A stretch of DNA of 55,176 nt, filler included, from Streblomastix strix (taxonomy: Eukaryota): assembly GCA_008636045.1 (NCBI GenBank). It is 3 parts of 3 records of this genome, joined end to end, with 100 filler letters (N's around TTAATTAATTAA, not from the genome) between each part and the next. Parts side by side here need not be neighbours in the genome. Positions count along the whole stretch, not along the records: positions 36,861 to 55,176 come from SNRW01000618.1; 2 more parts are not named here. One strand, written 5' to 3'. This document shows, piece by piece, positions 36,947-47,874 of this stretch; position 1 is the stretch's first letter, and each line of letters opens with the position of its first letter. The notes under the pieces are model-generated. The model had not been told where the DNA came from, made no database searches, and saw nothing but the letters and a program-made list of their open reading frames with translations. Both the position numbers and the translations under genes were made by a program.

Positions 36947-38450
36947 TTCTCCATTAAGAATTGATCTACATTTATAAACAACATATCTTCTATCATTTGC
37001 TTCAATTTTTACTGGAAAAATGTTATTTGAAACGAATATAAAATTAACTACATTCTCAGCATCACGATGAGGTTAATTTTTTTCAATTATTTTAATCGTA
37101 CAATCAGTTTCGATTTATTTTAAACGTTCATTATTTGCTCGTTTATCCTCTCCAAAATTTGTCATTTTATTGGCAATAATCAATATTTTTCCTTCAACTA
37201 TTCGATTAAAATATCTTGTTAATTCTTTTATATTTGTACAATTTTTACAGCTGTAGCCTACCATGAGCTCGCATAAAACATCTGCAAATCGGTTCTTACC
37301 AATGCCTTAATTTCCTTTCAAAATAAATGTTGACTCGATCTTTTTTTTGCATTTTGAAGTACATAAGCTATCCAATTAATTAAAAAGTTATATAATTTTT
37401 CATCGCCTGAACAAAAAACGTTTAAAACAAGGTCTATATATTATTTTATTATATTTTTATCATATTTTTCAAGTAGCTCATATTTTCATCCTTAAAATAG
37501 TGAGAAAATTTACTGCTCTTTTTCTTTAAATTTTATACATTATATGCAAAATAATGCTATAAATTTTTCGAATATATGCCATACAATTATTTATTTTTAC
37601 AATCTTTCCATAACATCATTGTTTCTAAATCATCAGATATACCCGCTTTTGTTTTATTATCTAATATATGTCTTTTTGTATAAACTTCATATGCTTTGAC
37701 AATTAAATCCATTCTCGACTCCACAAATCGCATAACTTTTGTCAAATCTGATATAACTTCTTCATCTTTTGTATATTTCTTTTTTCTTATATCAACAAAA
37801 TTAATATCATCATAAAAATCAATATCAAATATTTATATTTCTGTAATATTTTTATTTTAATTGTTTGATTCTCTGAGCTCTGGATGTATTACATTTTCAT
37901 AGTATTATTTTTTTATGACATTTAATTATTTTTTATAATTTTAATCTGAATTTTTTTTATCATTAAATACTATCTTTTTCTTCTCCCATTATTCTATTGC
38001 ATTAATTGTTAAGTTTTAGCTTTCTTTAATATCTTCATAAGCTTAATCAATCTCTTCTTCATTAAGCCCAAAATTAATTAGTCCATTATGTCTTGAAAAC
38101 AAAGTTAATAAGCTTATTTCATTTTCTATTTTTTAAGCATCGTTATGAATCTCTAATCCTTCTATACATTGAATCAATAGCTCTGCATAATTTCGTGATA
38201 ATTAAATGGTTCCTTCTTCAGATATATAAGGTATTTCTTCATCAACTTATTACTTACAGGTCGATGCCTAATAAATCCAATATACACTCAAGAAGAACCA
38301 TAAATGATTTAGATTTATAATTATTTACATCAATATATTTTTATATTAAACTTTCACTATTTATTTATTCTCTAATTGTTGAACCAACTTATACTATCCA
38401 ATATTATTTATTATTAATGCAACAAAACAAATCAATATCGAAATTTTCAT
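36947..38450 (-). pseudogene. SF3/D5-like (DUF5906-type) primase-helicase, frameshifted
   Basis: LYNFLINWIAYVLQ...FILKGNQGIGKNRFADVLCEL (Walker A, ~37292-37315), ILIIANK (Walker B region, E to K), NFIFVSNN (motif C) and KIEANDRRYVV (Arg finger); several frameshifts and an in-frame TGA at 37486-37488. Confidence 0.85.
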
Positions 38451-39211
38451 TTTTATAAATTTTAATTTATGAATTATTTTAATATTATAACCGTATAAAT
38501 TACAATATAAATCTAGTCCTCCATGAGCTGTTTAAATAAATCCAATTTATTCAATTATTTAGCTAAGTCGCTTAATTGCTTAATCTCTTTTTTATTTTTT
38601 TTATTCTTCATTTAATGTTTTATTTATATCAATATCTATAATTGCTAACTCTTAACATTTTGCAATATCTATAGCCTATCCTGATTTTTATCCAATATTT
38701 TTATTTAATTGAAATTTATCATAAATATATATATCAGTTGTTATATCTCTAATTCTATTACTTAACGTTTTAGTCTAAATTAAATCAAATTGTTTATATA
38801 ATTGATTATTTTTTTAACTGTTTTATTATGATTTCAAAGCATCAATTTCTAACAAATTTGAACTAAATGAATAGTTAGTAGTTGGATTCTTATTACCTGC
38901 CATTTCTTACATCTAAAAAAAAATTGGATTTAAATAAAATAAACTCATTTATTTTTAAAATAAGTTTATTTATTTAATTATTTAATTTTGTATTTTACAC
39001 AGATTTAATTATACTAGATATTGGCACATTGGCATATTGGCAGCTATTTTTAAGAATAATTGAAAATATCCTCAGGGTATGGGCACCTTGATCACTTTAT
39101 TGTCATTCACTATTCATATCAATTCTTCGTGCCAAAATCATGAACTTTTGATTGACATGAATTAACGGTTTTATTTTACGAGAATAATTAATTATTTTTT
39201 TTATGATTAAA

Positions 39212-41130
39212 ATGAAAGGCCCTGCAATTCCAGAAGTAGAACCATCATTCGATAAGGAAATTGATCCATTTAAAATCTATTTCAGGTTTAAGTTATTATA
39301 TTTGAACGCCAATTTTGTCAACTAGGCATAGAAGTTCAATATTTGAAGAAACTTTAACTCCAGACTCATCAATTTGTCGTTGGCTGTTGGATATCATAAG
39401 TGAAGATGAACATGAGGTTAAAATATCAGCACATTTCGTATTATCTGAAAATTAATTGATTCAGGTAGTTCTTTACATACTTAATAACCCTGAAAATTAA
39501 GTTTAATTGAGTATAAAGGATGAAGGATGTCGTGATAGGCTTTGCAGCGATTTGAGTTAAACATTAAATGAGATATTGAATGGGAATGTTAACATATTTA
39601 CTCTAGACGTCAAAAAAGTAAATATATTAAGAGATAGATATAAAATTTGTTTATAAAATATAAGAAAAATAACAAATATTTTAGATTTAGGTGAGATTAC
39701 AAGTAAAAATATTAGTGCAGTATCTAAAGGATTAATGACAGTTATAAATAAAATTTGATGCTGTTAATAAATTATATTTATTTTTATAAAATGAATGGAG
39801 ATTTACATATGCTTGATGTTGTTTTAAATCATGATTAAGTACTTTATGGTTCTAGTAGATATAAAACTATTGATTTAATTAATTATTTATTTTTATTGAA
39901 TATAAACGTCGAACGTTTATTTCGATTAAAGATTGTTTGACGCAGCCTGATTATCCGACTTACCAGAATTATATGCATATCTCAAAGAACGTTATCTTAA
40001 GCCAATTGGTGAGCTACAACAACCTGTTCCTATTGGAGAACAAACTCTGCAATAGCAGGAGAAAAATAATGATTATATTATCTATGCATCAAATGAAGTG
40101 TTCGAACTACCAGTGTCGAATACAATAACGAAACTGAATTAAAATTCGTAATTAAGGCGATAAAGTTTCTTAGAATCCAGTGATTCAGACCTATAATTAA
40201 TCGTTTATGGCGATTGAACTACGCAAAAGGTTTCATATTCAACAACATGTCTATTTCCAAGTGGCTGTTAATAGAATGAATATTTATTTAAAAGATATTC
40301 AGTTGAAGCAAGACAAAAATTCGGTGATTAAGTGATTACATTAGTTGGAACCGACGCATCTAATACATACAATATATTTTGCTATATTGACTAAAACGGA
40401 CCGTATATTATCAGCTCTCAATAACTACCTTCAAATACTGCACTTATGCTTAATATAACTTGTTATAAATAATAAGAATCTTCAAAAAATAAATTATAAT
40501 ACCAATAAGGATGGAAAAAATGACATTATGGACACGTGGAATGTTAATGGAATGGTTAATTTGAAGCATAATCGTATGTCCAAGAAACAGTGAAAAAATA
40601 AACATATTTAATCGATGTGGGAGTGTAAGGATTAAATAAAACTAATTATTTGAACAGTGAAATAAAACTAGTGGATGAATTAGCGATATATAAAGCAGAT
40701 AGAGCAACATATTTTATTAAAGACGAGCCATTTATCACATACAATTTTGGAACAAAATAGGAACAATTAGGCGCTAAATATGAATCTTAATAAACAGTAC
40801 ATAAATTATTCTCGACATTCAGCAAAAAACTCTATTACAAAATACGAAATATATGCCTATTCATGTTAAATAATAAACGTTTTCTGCAATGTGTTTGCTC
40901 AAAGATACGTATGATAAATCGTCAGCTGTTTAAGTGGCAGTTAGTGGATAATTAAATATGTATGATTGCGAATTTTAATGAACGTATGTGTTTGATAATT
41001 ACACCAATGAATCCGCATCTAATAAAGCATTGCTTCAAGATGTAGAATCACACAACGATGAAGTAATAATGAAACATGAAAAATAATTAAGCTAATCACA
41101 ACAAACACAATATACGATAACAAATGTATT
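39212..41130 (+). pseudogene. Cluster of degenerate intronless ORFs of unknown function within the viral element
   Basis: Coding-like stretches starting MKGPAIPEVEPSFDKEIDPF (39212) and MNGDLHMLDVVL (39791), broken by TGAs and frameshifts and separated by short T-rich spacers. Confidence 0.4.
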
Positions 41131-41148
41131 CAATTAATTTATAATTAA

Positions 41149-43047
41149 TGATTTTTTCCTTCATCAGCATGTAAAACATTCTATATCGTTGATGATGGCA
41201 CTTGCAGAGTTTTCGTATTCAACTTATACTTCGAATCAAAAGGTTTGCAAAGGAGAATATAAGATGTAGGTCGTATTCCTGATTCTATATTACCTGGAGA
41301 TGGTAAAAGTTTAGGCTTCCCTGCGGCTGTATATAGAACAAAGGGCGGAAGATAGAATAATTTATAATGAAAGACACACATTTACAACAAGCAGGAACTA
41401 TTGAAGAAACATTGTTAGGTAATGCGGTTGTTCCATTCACTAGTGATGGAGAACATTATTATTCTATCCAGGAAATTAAACAAGAATTAGAAATGCCAGC
41501 GTTGTTTGATAAGGAAATAATTATAAGTTTATCAGACACTAACCATGACATCACAAAGATATAAAATTCGTTCTTGTCGGTAGTTCTAACAGCTAATATC
41601 TAACTTGATGATAAATTTGATAAAATTAAAGAATCATATAAAAACGGATTGGTTCTATTTATAGGTCTCAAATCATGTTCAAATCTTATTAGAAAATACA
41701 CCATCTATCATAGAGGTAAAACAATTGATGGAAGTCAATAGAATGACGCAACAACCGAATCATGTATTTATATTATAATTAAGCCAAAAAGTCAGAAAAA
41801 TAATAGAAAACATATTCATTACTTGTATGAGAATATTAATAAATTTGATACTTCAGCATGTAGCTCATATATAAGTATGCGAGAGATTGAAGAACTAACA
41901 AGAAATAAAACATCTGTTCCATATACAAATCCAATTCATTTCAGAGTTAGTATTCCTCTTGAGGACCTCCTGATATTTTCTGCATTCACTGATTATCCTA
42001 ATGGATTGTTTGTTGATTTAAAATAAAATTCAAAATTAATCCTCATGCATTTGTTTTCTGTCAGGTGAATCCAATTATTTCAATAGCTAAATATGATATA
42101 ATGAATAAAGATGAGTTATTGAGTTGTAATCAATAGAAGTTAATGGATATTGATTTGATGTTCAGAAATTGGAGCTTGACATTCTAATATACAAAATAAT
42201 TTACATAATTGGGATGCACTGCTGACTTGATTACAGGACTACATTCGGAACCACTAACTGAATCAAGATTGAAGGACTTAGTATGCAACATCAAACCCGT
42301 TACCATGAGCATAAAAAATTATGTCATTACCGAAGTAACGGCTAATATGACAAAATATAATAATACTGACGCATGTCTTAATCGAGTCCATTAATTCAAC
42401 TGCTAATGTTCATTTGTTGTCCTAGCCCAAAGAATAGAAATATTGCTATTTCCAACATCTGCTACATTAACTGGAATATGAACATCATAAAATACTCAAC
42501 TGTCTCACGTAATCGACTTCTGTGTTCTATTTCCGAAAGATGTTAGAGCAACAACTTGCTTTGAAAATCCTTGCTACTAGGACATGCAAGTAACCACCTG
42601 CGGCCGCAACTTTCCAGATATGCCTATGAATACGCTTGACCAATAATTCTTCTAACTACAACTCAATGCTTCAAATCTTGACCTGTTATTCGATGCCTCT
42701 GATGAATTCGAGGATGCTTTGACAGCACCAAGAAATACAGCTACTAAAAGATAAAATCCTCACTCTGATTTTACAAGCTTTTTGATAACATTTTAAAATG
42801 ATAAAAACAGCAATGGAGCATTAACTTTAAATACAAAAGACACTCAGAATTAAAACACTTCCGTCGAACTCAGAGAGGCTCAAATATAACAAGGAGCAAC
42901 AGATTCATACTATAATGTTGATACCAGTGGAAAGAGACAACCACCTCAAATTCTATGCACGGTTCATGATACATTTTGGTTGTTCTTACCCGCTGAGGGT
43001 GGGAGCTGTTTATATGATTAAACCATTTATTTGATGAAATTATTTGA
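41149..43047 (+). pseudogene. Putative double-jelly-roll major capsid protein (about 600 aa), inactivated
   Basis: Joining ORFs 41367, 41823 and 42209 through TAA/TAG=Gln gives beta-rich blocks in the order expected for DJR capsids: NLIRKYTIYHRGKTID, FRVSIPLEDLLIF...DLK/IKFKINP, LSHVIDFCVLFP and MQVTTCGRNFP. Frameshifts at ~41360 and ~42023; TGA at 42479-42481. Confidence 0.62.
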
Positions 43048-43904
43048 TCACTTAGTTCTTGTAACAATTGAACCATTATTTGAAAACATTTTTATTTTTT
43101 TATTTCTATATAAAACGAACATCTAAATATTAAAACAGATAATTAAATATCTCTTTAGTTATTTTTTTTTATTTTATTTTATAATATATGGCTTCAAATA
43201 TGACATCAGCATAAAACTTAAAATATTACACTTTAACATAAAATGATGGAGTTGTAATCGGAGAAAACGGATAAAATGGAGTTGGTTTTGCATTACTTTA
43301 TGCGTTTGTAAATTCTGATAATTAAAGAAAAATAATATTCTGCTAATGTAATTGTTCAAACTAAGGCATTAATGAGAACATAAGCGTTCATAGTTCGATG
43401 GTTCAAGAAGAATAATATTTCGATTAATTTGTTGGCTATTGCAATGAATAACGAGTTTATAAGCCTTTCATCTAATACTCGCACAACAGATATTTATATA
43501 TATGGTTTCGTTGGAACATAGAGTTATTGGACAAAAATTTTTTACAATTAAAATTTTTTCTCAAATTGATGCTGGAATATTGAAAAGTCTAGGAACTATT
43601 TTTTGTTGGTAAGCTGACGCGTATATTTTTGTTTAAATCTTCAGGACGTGCAAGGAGGAGAAAATGCCCCCTAGAATGTTGATGTGAAAAAGTACTAGCT
43701 GGTTTTCTAGCCAGCGCATTGACGTGGATATTTTTGAACGACTAACTTTCTGGCTCAAAAATGAGCCAGCACATTCGTCGCACCCAAAAGAGCAAGACAA
43801 TTAAAACTAATTGATGTTCAAATCAAGGTTCGGCAGAAATACAGCCAACGAAAAATAATTATTTTATTTTTTATTTAAATCTAACTCTTTTTTTTACATA
43901 TTTA

Positions 43905-44759
43905 ATGATACAAGTTAAAGCTACTGCTAAGACTTCAAATATCGATATTCGTTTCGTTGAAGGTTCATATTTTGGCTTAAAATTACTTATTAAATCAAAT
44001 GATAATTATTTCAATGAAACGAAATTATGTGAAAAATATGATTAACAATTCAGATAATTATAGAGACTGACGTAATGGAAGGAATATTTGAAAGCAGAAA
44101 TGAAGGAATTTGACTCCGTGTGAATTCTCTCGGCCTAGTGAGTGTATGCAATTGATATAGGATTTGATAACGAATATAAAGATTATTATTTTCATCAAAT
44201 TTTAATTAATTATAAAGCAATGTGGATATTACAATAATATGCAATATATATTCGTAAAATAATGGATGCAATTAATAAACGTAAATAAGTCACATATTAA
44301 GAAGCGTGCCAATAAGATGATTAAATATCCATGGCATATATTGCATACGAACAAGTTTAGTTAATAATTGAATAATTAAAAGTAGTAATAAATTATAAAG
44401 ATAGTGAAATAAATCAATTGAAACCAAGAGCAGTACCATAAGGCAAAGAAGCTGCTTATGTTCTTACAGTTTAATATATAGAGGTTGATGATAAAAATAA
44501 AACAATATTAAATGTTCTTTGAAGAAATAAGAAATGAATTAGTCACAAATTGATGTAAAAATTAAAAGACGTGTTATTATACAATGTTTAGGAATGTATT
44601 GCTATGACCAAAAATGAAGCTATCAAAGAATATTTAAATAAAAATATAGAAGGTATTTAAATTAAAGGAACCATATATACATTCAATGATAGTCTTACTG
44701 ATGATGTCATAAACAAAATAAAGGAATACATGATTACATAACTTGAACAGCAATTATGA
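43905..44759 (+). pseudogene. KilA-N domain protein with a DUF3627-like C-terminal region
   Basis: EGSYFGLKLLIKSNDNYFNETKLCEKY...WKEYL, YYFHQILINYKAMWILQQYAIYIRKIMDAIN and LKPRAVPQGKEAAYVL; four internal TGA stops. Confidence 0.8.
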
Positions 44760-45628
44760 ACAATAATTTAATTTATTTTTGCAGGAATAAAATTGGTAGA
44801 ATCTTGTTCGACAACAGAAAAAATAATAAATTCTCAAATTAATTTTTTTCAAAATTATAAATAGAAACGGATGAATAAGAAGAAATACCACTCTAGGAGG
44901 AGGTCGAAGGTTCGATTAACGGACATAACTATTTTGAGAACTTAACCGATTTCAAATAATTTATTTCCCAAAATTTATAATAATTATCTAAACTATCAAC
45001 GTAAAAACTAAATAAATTATATAAATTTTAAAAAATATAGAAATCAAAAAGTGTGGTTTTGACTTCACTACAAGTTTTGGTTTCACCAACGATCCTATAA
45101 CTAAATATTTTTAGCATTTTATTTTTTTAATTGAAATTCAATTAATTTTTGCTAAGTATTAAAATTATATGTGATTAACAAATAAATGATTTACATAATA
45201 TTATAAATTAAATTAAATCTGCAACATAACATAATATAACGAAATTCAACAATCAATTAAAACGCGCCATAATACTGTGATTCATTAACTGCTCGTTATT
45301 TAAATTTCACTTATTCTATTCTTCATGCATTAAATTGAATTCATTTCAATTAAATGAAACTGCAATAGAATGATTTTTACAAATGGGTGAGGTCTAATTT
45401 AATAAAATAGATAGTTTTTTGAACATCTTCCGAAGTTCTTGTTTATATACTACTTATATCTACTATAATAAATATTAATTAAAATAATTATTATACTTTA
45501 AATGTAATTTTTGAATTATTTGTTTTAGATCACACAATTTTACTAATTTTCTTAAATATTTACAATTTGTACATTATTCCAAGTTCAATTTTAGTTTTAT
45601 TTTTAACCACAAATTCAGAATTAACAAT

Positions 45629-46193
45629 ATGGCTTGGGTATTTTCACCAGTATGACGTCTATTTTCTAATATTATAGGTTAATAAAATCATAATTAATTG
45701 TCTTCTTTCTTTTAGAATGCAATTAATCAGACTTGGAAAGAGACAGTATTATCTTTATATTTTATTTTGATTATAATATTTCTTACAAAATCGGATAGGT
45801 TTGGAAAGAAGACTCTTAATCATAAAAGAATAAAGCAAAATTAAAAGATCTTTATGTGTGCAACTATTCATTTATTTTCGTTCAAATTTTTATTTTGAAT
45901 ATGAAATGCAGGATAGGAATGAAAGAGAGGATGCCGATTTCATGGAGACTGTGAGAGAGAGGATGAGTTCTCCTCCAAAATCATTCACATATTCGCAATT
46001 CAGAGGAGGAAGAACTCGTTTGTACGGTGTAGTCCCTGGGTATACTACAACAAATATGGGTTTGCTTTCATTGTGTTATTTAGCAATTGACTTAATAATT
46101 AACCGCATATTAACCCATTCAGAATATGGAGCTTTGGATCCTGAAGTTCCACAGGGGAAAACATATAATCACAAATTTGTTCCATATCGCTGA
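45629..46193 (+). CDS. Small multi-exon hypothetical protein
   Basis: Short exons flanked by GT/AG, including DRNEREDADFMETVRERMSSPPKSFTYSQF...TTTNM and EYGALDPEVPQGKTYNHKFVPYR*; 5' exon structure uncertain. Confidence 0.5.
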
Positions 46194-46367
46194 GGATGAA
46201 CAATTGTCGGAGTTCTGAAATACTCATTCAAAACAAATTCATGATCATCTTCTATTGATAAATAGTCTTTTATTGCTATAAACAGTCTTATATTGTAAGT
46301 CTATACTATTAATAATAATTCATAAACTAATAAATATAAATAATTTAAAAGATGTAAAATATTTATG

Positions 46368-47347
46368 TCACTATTCTTATTCTGCTTCACCTTCAGGATT
46401 AAAGACTAAACCCTTTATTTAATATTCATAGTAAATATAATTGATAAGTGATAATATAGTAGAGTAATGTAATACCTGCAATTCTGGTGTGCTTGACAGA
46501 GGAAAATAAGCCTGATCAATCTTGAATCCTTTTTACTTCCTCTCGTCCCTTGTTTCCCACTCAGTCTCGTGGTCCCCACCCATTCTCTCGCAATTTGGGC
46601 AGTTGTAATGAGCTTACCATTGGCCACATCCACATTTCTTGCAGAACTTGGATACACCAGGTGAATGCTCTTCATGAGTGTGACCACATTTGCATTTGGC
46701 TCTCCATTTAGTTACATTGAAGTCTTTGCGTCTTGGTAACCACCAATCTCCAACCTCTGAATAATATCAATATAATTAATTATTATCTAATCTGAGTAAC
46801 AATTATTACCTTCTGGTCTCATTGGAACAAACTCGAATCTTTTGCACTCACATGTGTGACATTTAGTAGATGCACCCTTCCTTGCACATGGATTCTTGTC
46901 ATGATCAGCAAAGAAGTGTCCACAGAAACATTTGCATTTGGGTCCAATTCTACTACAGAAGTCCAGAGCATGTGGATTCTCTTTAGTTGGTGCTTCTACA
47001 GGTCGAGTTTAACATCTCCATACTCCATATATTCCTGATTCTAATGACCATTCAGCTGCATCTTATTCTCTATCCATTAGGAACCTAGCTCCAGGGGCTG
47101 GTCCAAACTATCTCACTGCATCCTCTATAGTAATACTCCCTGGTGCCTATAAATTCGACATTATAAAGGCTTATCCTTTTGCTGTTGGTTTCCTTCGACT
47201 CTCCATTACAGTAATTTATGGCCCTCTCACTCCTACCTTTGCACGGCCTTTGGGGGCAGCAACAGCTCCTCGTTATGGAAGAGCAAGTTCCTACTCGGTA
47301 CCAAATTGTTAAGCATTTGAGCGTGGTTTGGGAAAAGGTTTATCCAT
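46368..47347 (-). CDS. FAM221: FAM221-family (DUF4475) Cys/His-rich protein, 3 exons
   Basis: CSRIGPKCKCFCGHFFADH...CECKRFEFVPMRPEEVGDWWLPRRKDFNVTKWRAKCKCGHTHEEH...CPNCE...DHETEWETRDERK; TGA at 46368-46370. Confidence 0.85.
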
Positions 47348-47874
47348 TAAGTTCTATAAGATAAAAAATGATAATTATTGTGTATTATTTGATTATTTTT
47401 TTAATTAAATTGGTTTAAATTAAAATAATATCGTCAAATTAGCTCAATTTCAAAATAAAAACATTTTGGGTATGTGTTATTTTAATAATTTCAATATATT
47501 ATAAATGAGTCATTTTATGAGATTAAAATAATGTATTGATTATTATAAGTTGTAGAAAGATTAGAAAAAATTTATTTTAATTAAAATGATTATTATGATT
47601 TAATTTATGTGATGTGGCTCGGACATAATAACTCGATCAATCAAAATTTTTTGTAAATTTCTAATTCGGTTAATATTTGTGTATAATTTGAGTTGGAAGA
47701 TATATACAATACTGCTGTTTCATACTTAATACTGATCTGCTGTTCGAATAAATAGAGAGTGATAAGAAAATCACAGAACAACTAATAAAATTAATAAAAT
47801 AAAAACAGATGGCAATTCTTTAAACACAATATTTTAGAATATGTTAATATATTTTTATTAATCAATTCATAAAC

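Larger units (their letters stand above)
36861..45200. mobile_element. Decayed endogenous DNA virus (Polinton/Maverick-like), partial; boundaries approximate
   Basis: Intronless, densely packed degenerate ORFs: SF3 primase-helicase, putative double-jelly-roll capsid, KilA-N and several unknown ORFs, in contrast to the intron-rich host genes. No pPolB, integrase, packaging ATPase or TIR was recognised within the window. Confidence 0.78.
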
